64,000 nucleotides of DNA from Octopus vulgaris (taxonomy: Eukaryota). Position 1 is the first letter of the stretch, and each line of letters opens with the position of its first letter. The DNA lies in contig OX597820.1 of assembly GCA_951406725.2 (NCBI GenBank), positions 96,720,001 to 96,784,000 of the forward strand, written 5' to 3'. Shown piece by piece: positions 13,880-26,871 of the stretch. Both the position numbers and the translations under genes were made by a program. The notes under the pieces were generated by a model that did no database searches, was not told where the DNA came from, and worked only from the letters and a program-made list of their open reading frames with translations.

Positions 13880-14265
13880 TTTTATTTTTTTACTTCTTTC
13901 AGTGATCCGATTGCGGCCTTACTGGAGCACAGTCTTGAAAGGTTTTAGTCGAATAGATTTACTCAAAAACTTTTTTTAAAAGCCTAGCACTTATTCTATC
14001 GGTGTCTTTTGCCGAACCACTAAGTTACGGGGACGTAAACGCACCAACACCAGTTGTCAGACACAAAGACACACACACATACATATACATATACAAAAAT
14101 GTGTGTGTGTGTGTGTGTGTGTGTACGACAAGCTTCTTTCAGTTTCTGTCTACCAAATACACTCACAAGGCTTTGGTTGGCTCGAGGCTATAATAGAAGA
14201 CACTCGCCCAAGGTGCTACGCAGTGGGACTGAACTCAGAACCATGTGGTTAGGAAGCACACAGTA
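13880..14265 (-). mobile_element. SINE family S2
   Basis: Reverse complement of the S2 body and tail. Confidence 0.75.
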
Positions 14266-14414
14266 ACACCTTTATGAAAATTTAATATTTGTTTAACTTA
14301 GAGGGCGACTAGACCCATTTTCGAAAAATTAGGAAACTAGATTAGTTTTGGAACCAAAGGAAAATCGATGTTATCCGTATATTTTACTGGAATGTTGTAC
14401 AACAACAACTAAAG

Positions 14415-15570
14415 GGCGGCGAGCTGGCTGAATCGTTAGCACGCCGGGCGAAATGCTTAGCAGTATTTCGTCTGCCGCTACTTTCTGAGTTCAAATTCCG
14501 CCGCGGTCGACTTTGCCTTTCATCCTTTCGGGGTCGATTAAATAAGTACCAGTTACGCACTGGGGTCAATATAATCGACTTAATCCGTTTGTCTGTCCTT
14601 GTTTGTCCTCTCTGTGTTTAGCCCCTTGTGGGTAGTAAAGAAATAGGTATTTCATATGTCTTTACGTTCAGAGTTCAAATTCCGCCGTGGTCGACTTTGC
14701 CTTTCATCCTTTCGGGGTCGATTAAATAAGTACCAGTTATGCACTGGGTTCGATATAATCGACTTAATCCGTTTGTCTGTCCTTGTTTGTCCTCTCTGTG
14801 TTTAGCCCTTTGTGGGTAGTAAAGACATAGGTATTTCGTCTGCCGTTACGTTCTGAGTTCAAATTCCGCCGTGGTCGACTTTGCCTTTCATCCTTTCGGG
14901 GTCGATTAAATAAGTACCAGTTACGCACTGGGGTCAATATAATCGACTTAATCCGTTTGTCTGTCCTTGTTTGTCCTCTCTGTGTTTAGCCCCTTGTGGG
15001 TAGTAAAGAAATAGGTATTTCATATGTCTTTACGTTCAGAGTTCAAATTCCGCCGAGGTCGACTTTGCCTTTCATCCTTTCGGGGTCGATTAAATAAGTA
15101 CCAGTTATGCACTGGGTTCGATATAATCGACTTAATCCGTTTGTCTGTCCTTGTTTGTCCTCTCTGTGTTTAGCCCTTTGTGGGTAGTAAAGACATAGGT
15201 ATTTCGTCTGCCGTTACGTTCTGAGTTCAAATTCCGCCGAGGTCGACTTTGCCTTTCATCCTTTCGGGGTCGATTAAATAAGTACCAGTTACGCACTGGG
15301 GTCAATATAATCGACTTAATCCGTTTGTCTGTCCTTGTTTGTCCTCTCTGTGTTTAGCCCCTTGTGGGTAGTAAAGAAATAGGTATTTCATTTGTCTTTA
15401 CGTTCAGAGTTCAAATTCCGCCGAGGTCGACTTTGCCTTTCATCCTTTCGGAGTCGATTAAATAAGTACCAGTTATGCACTGGGGTCGATATAATCGACT
15501 TAATCCGTTTGTCTGTCGTTGTTTGTCCTCTCTGTGTTTAGCCCCTTGTGGGTAGTAAAGAAATAGGTAT
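14415..15570 (+). mobile_element. SINE family S1 hexamer (one head plus 6 x 184 bp)
   Basis: GTAT(TTC) unit starts at 14463, 14647, 14831, 15015, 15199, 15383 and 15567. TSD AACAA(C/T)TAAAGG at 14404 and 15571. Confidence 0.95.
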
Positions 15571-17459
15571 AACAATTAAAGGCTTTTAAAATTGCGTTGC
15601 AGATACAAAATATGTGAATGGATTTCATCTCGAAGAATATGTACTAAAGAATGTAGGACCTGAAACCGCTCAGTTGTTTAAACAAGAAAAACAATCTACT
15701 AATGTAATTAGCAGTATGTCTCCGTCTCCCTGTTTGTCCGTCTCTGTGGTATAAACAATACAGGTAATAAACTACTAAGGTAATTTTACTATGTCTCAAT
15801 TTCCGGAAACACTGGTAAGCTAAGCTATTATAACTTCAGGGTATGTATTTCGTTGAAACCCTATCAAGTCATTTGACTAAGAAATGTACATAAGTTGAAC
15901 TGTTAACATATTATCATTTGTATGTAGTTACACATACAAACATGTAAGTGTGTGTGTGCATTCAGCTATAATAAAAACATTTTTACAATAATCTGATACG
16001 TATAAGTCTTATACTTTTGTAGAGTACAAATTTATTATCCTCAAACAAGAATATTATTGATAGTGACTTCAAAGTTTCGGTTAGTTAAGCCATCGTCGCT
16101 CTGACGAGTCTACCAACTTATAAAAAGGATTAAATAACTGAAGGATTCCTTTCGAAACAACTTCACTTTAGGTCTTAGATAAAGGATGCTATTTCATTTT
16201 CGGATATGACAGTAATCAAATTAGAATGTTTTTGATATCAGATCAACTTGGATATTGTTTTTAATGTTCAACTGTTTTCTGTACTTTGCTCTCAAATTCA
16301 CAAGTGTAGAAATTACTTATTCGCAAGAGTAGCTTGTTGAAAAAGGCATTTATATTTTTGTCTTTTTCTCAAATACAACAGTGAAAACGCTTCCAGTTTT
16401 CAGAGACCTTCCATATTTTGAAATTCTGTGAGTACTTTATCCTTGGATCGAAGTTTATGAAGTATCCGCACTGATCCTTAGGATTTTCAAGCACATCGTC
16501 AATTTTATAGTTATAAGGATTCGCAGCTCGACCAAAAAGTATGTAAATTAAGGTCTAGAATGTAATAAGAGAACCGCTGCCTGAGTCTGAACTTGTAACT
16601 GACTCCTAGCTGTTACCAAGACTGATTTCCTCACAATATCCTAAAATCATTGCTAGATTTGGAATAGTAACTGTTTTGTTTCAATTTACTTTCTAGTTTA
16701 AGTACAGAAAAGCTTTAGCTCAAATGTTGATATATTTATCTGTGCTAAAACGACATTGATGTTTTATCCATTATAATTCCTTGTTAAATGAAATTACATG
16801 CTCAAAAGATATCACACTTAACACAGAAATGAGTCAACCAAATGAAGTTTCTGAATTAATCTGCAAGGACATGTTTTTGTTGCAACTGATTTTTAAAAAA
16901 TTTCAATTGTAAGAGCTCAAACACTATTGAGGATTTCTCCATATGATGTCATAAAGAGGCATGAGAATAAAGTTTACTTCATCTCCACATAAATTACGAA
17001 ACAGCTGTGTATATAATGGACAGCGATAATTTTCAGTACATTATTAGCTTAGATTCCATTTGCTTTACCACCAATCATTGGTGATGAATAATATGAGCTT
17101 AGGTTCTACTTTTTGCCTGATCCATGCAATCATTGGTGGATGGAGCGCCGTCAACAGATAATTCAATGCAATCTATTCATTTCAAATCAACGTATGACGT
17201 TTGGAAATATGAATTAACTTTTGCATCGGTCAAAATGCCATTCGGTATTTCTTAAACCTCTTTAAGTTCTGAGTTCAAATTTCGCCAAGGTCAACTTTAC
17301 TTTTCCTCCCTCACAGTACCAGTCAAATATTGAAGTCGATGATATCGACTAACTTCCTCGCTTCAAAATTGCTGACCTTACTCCAAATTAGAAGAATATG
17401 AATTACTTCAAAGTTTGGGTTCTGATTTTTTTTTTGTTACCAGAGCAGGAGTGGCTATA

Positions 17460-17624
17460 GGCGCAGGAGTGGCTGTGTGGTAAGTAGCTTGCTAACCAAC
17501 CACATGGTTCCGGGTTCAGTCCCACTGCGTGGCATCTTGGGCAAGTGTCTTCTGCTATAGACCCGGGCCGACCAATGCCTTGTGAGTGGATTTGTTAGAC
17601 GGAAGCCGAAAGAAGCCTGTCGTA

Positions 17625-17673
<49 letters not shown>

Positions 17674-17892
17674 TTGTGTCTGTGTTTGTCCCCCTAGCAT
17701 TGCTTGACAACCGATGCTGGTGTGTTTACGTCCCCGTCACTTAGCGGTTCGGCAAAAGAGACCGATAGAATAAGTACTGGGCTTACAAAGAATAAGTCCC
17801 GGGGTCGATTTACTCGACTAAAGGCGGTGCTCCAGCATGGCCGCAGTCAAATGACTGAAACAAGTAAAAGAGTAAAAGAGAGAGTAAAGAGA
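17460..17892 (+). mobile_element. SINE family S2, full length
   Basis: GGCGCAGGAGTGGCTGTGTGGTAAG head through (GTAAAAGA)n tail, with internal TA/GT microsatellite. Confidence 0.9.
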
Positions 17893-17959
17893 GCCATAAA
17901 ACCATTAACATTAGGCTGGAACGCCGTCAAGAGAGAACCCATGACAATCTGTTCATTTC

Positions 17960-18420
17960 AAATCAAAGCATGATGTTTAGAAATATAATCAATGTTTCAG
18001 AAGACATCAACTCCACGTGATCTCAACTCAAGCGAAGAACAGACCAGTTATTCTTAATAGCATCAGAATTCATATCAGGATACATGCCATCAGTTGTGAA
18101 TTGCTACTGACATCTGTAATCTCATCAAATTCTACAGCAAAATCTTTGCTTTCTTTATATGAAGAAATCAAATGCAGCTTTCTTGTTTCTTTTTAATTTC
18201 CCCTCTTTTCAACAGCTATTTCCCATTTCTCATATAATTCCTTCAGTTTATAACAGAGACATGAGTAATTTGTCAAAGTATTTCTTCCATCGATACTTTT
18301 TGAAATATTCTAAACGCTGCGGTTTCAGTTATCCTTTGTTCTCTGTTTATGAAATTTAGAAAATCTGCCTGGTATTTTAATTTCTTCCCTGACGCCATCA
18401 TTTTTCAAAGTTAAGAGTTA
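17960..18420 (-). mobile_element. hAT (Charlie-like) transposase relic
   Basis: Minus strand KESKDFAVEFDEITDVSSNSQLMACI resembles the first catalytic motif FALQLDESTDV. The rest is highly decayed. Confidence 0.55.
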
Positions 18421-19181
18421 ATTGATAAAAAGAATAAAAAAACTTATATATGAACATTTTAAATGAACTTAGAGGAAAATACAAAAATTTATATAACGCC
18501 ATTTTTTGTATTTTTTTTGTAATATACGGAATGGCCACAGATGGAATGCCTGTAAGCATAAATCTGTACAGTTATCGGGGCCGAGATTGTTAAACGGTAC
18601 ACCAGCGAGTACAGCTGTTGTAGTCTTGTTTATTAAAGCAACAACGACGACTACTACTACGATGAAGATGGCGACGGTGGCGGCGAGAGCCTGTTGGTCA
18701 CGGTTCTGTGGGTCAGAGTAAACCATCCAAAATAGGGTAAAATAGACAAATACAGCTTTGTCAAATGCCATATAACATAAATTCCTGATTTATTAAAATT
18801 ATTTCCACATCGTAGGTGCAGAAGTGGCTGTGTGATAAGTAGCTTGCTTACCAACCACATGGTTCTGGGTTCACTCCCACTGCGTGGCACCTTGGGCAAG
18901 TGTCTTCTACTATAGCCTCGGGCCGTCCAAAGCCTTGTGAGTGGATTTGGTAGACAGAAACTGAAAGAATCCTCTAATTGACCAGACATGAGATGATTTT
19001 CAGCTGAAACTGGTCTTAATTGCATTTTGATAAAGTAAAAAGTAAAAATCAGTTTCTTTCGACTTTTAAGCCATTAAGACCATTCTAAATAGGGGAAAAC
19101 ACACATATATAAATGTGTATATATATATAAATAAATAACAGGAACCAAGAGGTGGAACGAAACGACGAATCGGAACGAATG

Positions 19182-19911
19182 TACGAGCTCTGATCAATAA
19201 GTATCCGGATTGTTGGTATAATAAGAAAGCTAAAGCACACAGAGTGATGTCGCTTAGCAGCGATTGACCTTGAACTCTGTTGTGTATGCAGACAAAGTTT
19301 TAACGTTCTAGCTCATTTCGCTGTTTACAGCAGTGGTTGGAAGGAAGGTATGTAGCGTGTCATCGTCGCATTGACCATGACAGAGAAAGTTGTCCTGGCG
19401 ATACCTGCTCAGAGGCCCACGCAAGGTTGCAGAAAGTGTATGGAGGCGAGTGAATGATCTGCACACATGTGTACGGATGGTTCAGATGTTTCCAATACGG
19501 CCGAAAATAATGTCGATATTGACGAACGTTCTGGGAGACATGTAACCAGCAGAACTGAGAAAAATATTACAGATGTGAGTGCAAATGTGAGGGGAAATCG
19601 TCGAATTACCATCCGTGAGTTATCAGAAGATGTGCAGATTAGTTACGGTTCAGTTCAGTCTATTATCACTGAAGACTTGGGTATGAGACGCGTGTCTACC
19701 AAGTCTGTGCCAAAACTGCTTTCAGATGACCAAAAAAACACTCGGATTTCCCTTGACTGTGTCGAGAACGATGAAAGCTTTTTTGAAAACGTTACGTAAG
19801 CTTCTTATCAGGTACAGCAGAGTTCCAGGTCAATCTCTGCCAAGGGGCTTTACTCGGCGTGTTTTAGCTTCGTTACAAAGGCAACAGTCCGGATACTTAT
19901 TGATCAGACCA
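19182..19911 (+). mobile_element. Non-autonomous mariner element
   Basis: TIR CTGATCAATAAGTATCCGGA at both ends. ERSGR...RRITIRELSEDVQISYGSVQSIITEDLGMRRV..SVPKLL is the mariner HTH2 and WVPxxL linker. Confidence 0.9.
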
Positions 19912-20005
19912 CTGCACACACACACACACACACACAGTAGCTGAGTATCTCACCGTTGCCGGGCAGTTTTCCCAATACAATGCCGTTATTAGACACACTA
20001 ACATA

Positions 20006-20041
<36 letters not shown>

Positions 20042-20042
20042 T

Positions 20043-20100
<58 letters not shown>

Positions 20101-20687
20101 AAATATACACACACTCAACATGGTCGGGGTGGGGAGAGATCTTTTCTGTTGTCACAGATTTAGAAATTTAAGATAAAGGGAAAATTTTCAATTTTGGTAT
20201 ATTGATGTACTTTTTCACGCTGAATCCGATTTTCTGATTCATTTGTTCCAGAAAAAAAAATGTCACAGAATTTTAAAGTTCGATAATTTTTAACCAATCA
20301 GAAAATAGAATTTTAGAGCTAGGATTTTCTACAACAAATTTTCAGTCAATATGAGCATCTCATTATTTCCTGATTAAATGCTCAAGAAGGACGATGAGAT
20401 GACTGATATTTCAAACCATCTGATAAAACGCCTCACAGTATTTCCTAAAACCCTTTAAGTTCTGATTTCAAATTTTGCCGAGGTCAACTTTACTTTTGAT
20501 CCCTCAGAGGTTGATGAAATAAAGTACCAGTCAAATACTGGAGTCGATGGTATCTACTTACTTCCTCCTCTCGAAATTTCTGGCTTACTTTTAAATTAGA
20601 AAACATCATTACATCCTCATCAGTAAGTGTGAGAAAAATGTATCTCCTGCCGCGTGGATTACTCCCAACGCAAATTACCAGGACTGT

Positions 20688-20922
20688 TCTTTTATTCTTT
20701 TACTTGTGTCAGTCATTTGATTACGGCCATGCTGAAGAAGTGCCTTGAAGGGTTTTAGTCGAAGAAATCGATCCCAGGACTTATTCTTTGTAAGCTTAGC
20801 ACTTATTCTATCGGTCTTTCTTGCCGAACCGCTAAGTTACGGGGACATAAACACACCAACATCGGTTGTCAAGCGACGGCGGGAGAACAAACACACATAC
20901 ATACATTCATATATATACATAT

Positions 20923-20969
<47 letters not shown>

Positions 20970-21541
20970 GCCTGAGGCTATAGTGGCAGATACTTGCCCA
21001 AGGTGCCACGCAGTGGGACTGAACCTGGAACCATGTAGTTGTGAAGTTAGCTTCTTACCACACACCCACACCTGCGCCGATAAATGTTTCCTTTTTCTTT
21101 TTTTTTTTTTTTTTTTTGCTACTGGAGAAAAGGTCGGTTAACTGTTGTGAGCATGACGGTTATTGAGTCAGAAACACGTGTCAATGACCGTCCTTTTATC
21201 TCCAGACAATAAGCATGTCATTTTCCTCAATGGTATGTCAATTTTAAAGAATTTTTCATACTTGAGATGATTTTCAGCTGAAACTGGTCTTAATTGCATT
21301 TTGATAATTATGAAAAATCCTTTAGATCTTTTATTTCTATTCTTATTTTTTTACTTGTTTCAGCCATTAGAATGCGGCCATGCTGGGGCATCGCTTTGGA
21401 GAATTTTTAGTCGAACGAATCGACCGCAGTACTTTCTTCTTTTAAGCCTGGTACTTATGCTATCGGTCTCTTCTTACAGAACCGCTAGGTTACAGGGGCG
21501 TAAATGCACCAGCACCGGTTGTGAAGTGGTGGTGGGGGACC

Positions 21542-21576
<35 letters not shown>

Positions 21577-21950
21577 TCGACAGGCTTCTCTTTGTTTCCG
21601 TCTCCCAAATCCTCTCACAAGGCTTTGGTCGGTCCCAGGCTATAGTAGAAGACACTTGCCCAAGGTGCCACGCAGTGTGATTAAACCCAGTCATAACACG
21701 CAGCCACGCCTACGATTACTCTTTACTCTTTTACTCTTTTACTTGTTTCAGGCATTTGACTGCGGCCATGCTGGAGCACCGCCTTTTAGTCGAGCAAATC
21801 GACCCCAGCACTTATTTGTTGTAAGCCTAGTACTTATTCTATCGGTCTCTTTTTTGCCGAACCGCTAAGTGACGGGGACGTAAACATACCAGCATCGGTT
21901 GTCGAGCGATGTTGGGAGGACAAACACAGACACACAAACACACAAACACG

Positions 21951-22011
<61 letters not shown>

Positions 22012-22178
22012 CACGACAGGATTCTTTCAGTTTCCGTCTACCAAATCCACTCACAAGGCTTTGGTCGGCCCGAGGCTATAGTAGAAGACACTTGCCCAAG
22101 GTGCCATGCAGTGGGAGTGAACCCAGAACCATATGGTTGGTAAGCAAGCTACTTACCACACAGCCACGCCTGCACCTA
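20688..22178 (-). mobile_element. Three S2 SINE copies (about 20688-21078, 21335-21712, 21715-22178)
   Basis: Repeated reverse-complement S2 bodies with internal CA/TA microsatellites. Confidence 0.85.
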
Positions 22179-22612
22179 CGATGGGGAAATAATTTTAATA
22201 AATCAGGAATTTATGTTATATGGCATTTGACAAAGCTGTATTTGTCTATTTTACCCTATTTTAGATGGTTTACTCTGACCCACAGAACCGTGACTAACAG
22301 GCTCTCGCCGCCACCGTTGCCATCTTCATCGTAGTAGTAGTCGTCGTTGTTGCTTTAATAAACAAGACTACAACAGCTGTACTCGCTGGTGTACCGTTTA
22401 ACAATCTCGGCCTCGATAACTGTACAGATTTATGTTTACAGGCATTCCAGCTGTGGCCATTCCGTATATTATATATCAGAGACAATATTTGTCTAATGTA
22501 TCCTTCTTTATTAAAGACAATAGCGTGTAATTCTAGAGAAATTAGGTTGAACATACTAGCAGGTCTAGTGATCACGTAGAGCTTTCGTCGGTGTTGTTTA
22601 ACCAGTAGCCTG

Positions 22613-22920
22613 TCTGGAGGCACGTGGCCTAGTGGTTAGAGCAGCGGACTCGCGGTCGAGGGATCGCGGGTTCGAATTTCAGACCGGACGATGTTTATGA
22701 GCGAAACACCTAAGCTCCAGGCGGCTCCGGCAGAAGGTAATGGCGAAACTTCTGCTGACTCTTTCACCACAACTTTCTCTCACTCTTTCCTCCTGCATCT
22801 TGCAGCTCACCTGCGATGGACCGGCGTCCCGTCCAGGTATGGAACCTATACGCCAAGGAAACCGGGAAACTGGCCCTTATGAGCCAGGCATGGCTCGAGA
22901 AGGAACAAAAACAAAAGCAA
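22613..22920 (+). mobile_element. SINE family S3 variant
   Basis: tRNA-like head TGGCCTAGTGGTTAG...GGTTCGAAT. TSD AGTAGCCTG at 22604-22612 and 22921-22929. Confidence 0.85.
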
Positions 22921-23777
22921 AGTAGCCTGCTCTAATTGAGCAGACATGATCAACGACAGCGCTCCAACCATGACAAGCCAATCTTTTTCTACACCAGAGA
23001 TTATACGGCACGATGTATACCTATTTTTAAGATTAAATGGTATAATATGAGGAAATTTGGCTTGTGTTTCTTGCAGGTCGAATGACCATGCAGAGGTTTC
23101 TTCTTGGCATGTTGATATTGAAATTGTCTTTGTAGTTGCTTTTGATGTTGTAACTGCTGTTTTTGTTGTTGCTGAACTAATTGGTATTCCTATTGTTGTG
23201 TTAATTATTGTTGCTGTCGTTGTAATCTCTGGGTAATTGTTTGAGCCGCCGCCACCGCCTCCGCCGTCGCCGTCGTCGTCATGTGACAACTGTTGTATAC
23301 TATACCTGCGTGTCTATTCAATCCGTTTAATGGTCGTTCTGCTTGACTAAATCAATACTATGTAAATAATGAATTCAATATTAGCATGACCTAAAAATAC
23401 GCGAGATAAACTTCTACTGATACAGGCTTGTACACCCAGGATTTGTTGTTTAGAACTTCATTTTTCTTAAGTAAAAACGAAGTAAAAGAAGCGATCGTTA
23501 GTTTTAGGTAACATAAAACTAACTGCTACGATTGATAAAGCAAATCAATCTAAGAAAAATAAAGCAAAAAATAGTCTTGGGTATCCTGAATAAGCGAAAC
23601 GATTATACGAGCGTTTAAAAGTAAAAGTCAATTATCAAGAGCCATTTTCTTTAACTTTTTGAATTTTCCAAGAGAGTTCTTGAATCTTTTGAAGCTACTA
23701 GGCTAGCATCGTAAAAAATAAAACATTATCTCTCTATATATATGTATATGTGTGTACATATATATATATATATATAC

Positions 23778-23835
<58 letters not shown>

Positions 23836-23837
<2 letters not shown>

Positions 23838-24139
23838 TCACGTGATCACGTGACCGACCAGACCATCAGATGTTGTTACACATCGCTGGTCACAATGCGT
23901 TCGCATTGTTTTAGCCTTCGAATGACGCCACCCCGCTGGCTAAGCGAGCAGGCCGACAGAAGAAAGTGTGGGAGGAAGAGTGGTGAAAGAGTACAGCAGG
24001 GATCACCACCCCCTGCAGGAGCCTCGTGGAGCTTTCAGGTGTTTTCGCTCAATAAACACTCACAACGCCCGGTCTAGGAATCGAAACCGCGATCCTGCGA
24101 CCGCGAGTCCGCTGCCCTAACCACTAGGCCATTGCGTCT

Positions 24140-24141
<2 letters not shown>
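23836..24141 (-). mobile_element. SINE family S3 variant
   Basis: Same head as other S3 copies, tail ...GGTCACGTGATCACGTGAT. Homologous to 47083-47390. Confidence 0.85.
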
Positions 24142-24191
<50 letters not shown>

Positions 24192-24219
24192 TCAAAAGTC
24201 GGGTTTACTATTTTTTTTT

Positions 24220-24444
24220 TATTGCGCACAAGGGGCTAAACATAGAGGGGACAAACAAGGGCAGACAAAGGGATTAAGTCGATTACATCGACTCCAGTGT
24301 GCGTATCTGGTACTTAATTTATCGATCCCGAAAGGATGAAAGGCAAAGTCGACCTCTGTAGAATTTGAACTCAGAACGTAGAGACAGACGAAATACCAAT
24401 AAGCATTTCGCCCAGCGTGCTAACGTTTCTGCCAGCTCGCCGCC
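24220..24444 (-). mobile_element. SINE family S1 monomer
   Basis: Head, core and tail each present once. Confidence 0.85.
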
Positions 24445-24811
24445 CTTTTCTATTTTATAGTGAAATGTCCGCAGTGGCTATCGTGTTCTTGGCGTCAGGG
24501 TTACTATTTTATAGTGATGTCGATTAAGTGACATCCTATAATTTAATAAGCATGAGAGAAGGAGTGGTCCCCATCTTGTACGTAATGACAAGAAAAGACT
24601 TTGCGAGATGTTTGTAATAAGTCATGACGTATTTATTACCGGAGGTTATAGGTTAACATATAAGGTTAATTGAAGGAAAAGCTTGTGACATCACATGAAC
24701 ATATTCTTTTGCGACCACGTCTCCAAGCAATGAGGCAAACATACGCGCGTGCGAATGTGTATGCGAGTGGACAGACTCAATGTATGTCGAAGAATCAACA
24801 GGCAATGAATG

Positions 24812-26871
24812 AATTTCTTTATTGCCCATAAGGGCATACATAGAAGATACAAAAGGAGGGGCCTGGGACAAAAAAAAACGGAAGGGGTAGTGGTGTTGGG
24901 GTTACAAACGTGAAAGCTGTGGTGAAAACGGTATGAAGTTAAGATATGTGAATAAAAAAATACTGAAAGCTATATTTTTCCGGGTTTATTTTCAACCTGC
25001 CGATTTGGGACCTTTGTTCCCCCCCCCCCCCCACCGCCGCCACTTTTTTTTGGGGGAAAAGAAAATGTTTTCCTCCTTCTCCGTTTGACCGGCTACACCA
25101 GCACTGCCCCATTCATACTCAGCTTTCTTACCACATTTGCCCATCTTTTCTCATACACGCTGAGAGGAAGAGACTTTCTTTCCAGAGGGACCTTCCTTAA
25201 AAGGTGGAAGTTGAACCAACTTACCAGCCCTTGTCCGGAGATTAAGTGGCATTCCCCAATGCCCTTTGCACGTGTCCTCCACACTGTCACTTTCAGTATG
25301 GCCATTACGCAGAAAAAGGCTGCCCTCCTTTCCTTGTTCGGGGAGGGAGGCGGTACAATCTTAACTATGGACTCAATCCAGAGCCGTACTCCTTCAGTTG
25401 TTCGACAAAGGCTATCAACCCCTCCAACACCCTACAGTGTATGAAGGCGTGCGTGACAGTTTCACTGATGCTCCGCACCTCAGGCATGTGGGGGTGTTGA
25501 AACGTGTCTAGACAACCTCTCTCGAACCGGTAAGACCGATCGGTAGCACAATCAATCCAAGGATTTCGGGAAATTATCCAGACACCTCGGCCCGAATGTC
25601 CTTCCGAACAGGTTGGCCAGTTGTTCGTCATTAAAGCCTAGAGTCTCCCCCAGGACGTCATCGGACTTAAACTCTACCAACCCTCTATAGAAATCTGCAG
25701 TGGTAACCTCGCTACCGGTATTGCTCGCTCGGAAGAACAGAATAAGTGCTTGTCTGCCCTCTTTCTGCCATTCTCCCATCTTAGGTCTCCGCTTGATCCA
25801 TGTACTAAGTCCCAGAGGTACTCCAATTGTGGGTAAAGCTGCTTGGATTGCGGTAACCACACCTGCTCGCCATCCAGGTAACGCCGGAGGTGTCTCAGCC
25901 TCAACGCATGCTTGCGCATCACCAGCCATGGCATCCCCAGCCCATCCTTTAACGGTTTCTGGCAGCAGATGGAGCGCCTCACAAGTGGTGGTTTCCTCTT
26001 CTACATAAAGTGCCAAAGGATCCGTTCCAGCTTGGTCAGACACAAAGCGGAGCAAGGCACGACGGTCAGGCGGTAGGTTATCACAGATGCTATAAACACC
26101 TGTGCAACATCGGCCCTCCCTAGCAAGGATAACGGCCTCCCAGACCAATGCTGGGTTATGGCTGTCACCTTACTCGCTACCTCACTCCGGTTCTTCTCCA
26201 CCTGGAGATCTGATGCAAAACAGATTCCGAGAAATTTAAGCGGAACCTCCATCCAGCGTGCGACGACACTGTTGGGAGGCATCGACTTGCCACGTCAGGT
26301 TCTGAGTTGCAAGCCGACTGATTTTTTCTGGCTAATTTTTGCCCCTACCACCGCTTCGTATCCTTTGATTGCGTCTTCTACATGAGGTAGCTTCCCTTCA
26401 TCAGATACGATGATTGTAACATCATCCACATATGCCGTCGCACTTCAACCATAACATAGATCATGTGGATCTCCCTCCATCGTCCCCAATCTTCGCAGCA
26501 GTGGCTCAAGAGCCAATACATACAGGTGCGGGGACAGAGGGCAGCCCTGGCCTACTGAACGGTCAATCACGAACGGGTTCGAGAAGAACCCCTTCACCTA
26601 GACTACAGATTCGATGTTGCAATATAAAGCGTCGGAAAGTCGGGCCCTGTCCGACCGCCCGGAGGACAGCTGCCAAATACCGATGGTCGACTCTATCGAA
26701 TGCCTTAGACTGTTCAATATTCACCAATGCCCCACCTTTGCCAGGAACTTTACCCATCATCTCTATGGTGTAGCATATGAGATGAAGGTTGTTGAATATC
26801 GTCCTACTTGGGATGGTACATGTCTTTGTCTCTCCCATCAGGTCGCCTATGACAATTCTCTTGGCTAACAC
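24812..26871 (-). mobile_element. L1/Tx1-clade LINE, 5'-truncated, ORF2 pseudogene
   Basis: EQSKAFDRVDH, QGCPLSPHLYVLALEPLL, AYVDDVTIIV, C-terminal ETVTHAFIHC. 3' end GCCCTTATGGGCAATAAAGAAAT. Frameshifted. Confidence 0.9.

Larger units (their letters stand above)
18520..22471. repeat. 454-bp inverted duplication (18520-18973 and 22018-22471)
   Basis: Non-SINE flank plus the 5' part of an S2 SINE, present in opposite orientations with few substitutions. Confidence 0.95.

Noticed and set aside
14463-15566. CRISPR-like array
   Set aside because: Units repeat along their whole length with no unique spacers and no cas genes; it is a SINE multimer.
15642-15675. Degenerate hammerhead (CTAAAGA...GAAACCGCTCAGT)
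   Set aside because: The core is mutated, stem II is poor and there is no second copy in the window.
16000-17100. Possible Penelope relic on the minus strand (IWKVSENWKRFH)
   Set aside because: A single weak motif with no supporting RT or GIY-YIG motifs readable nearby.
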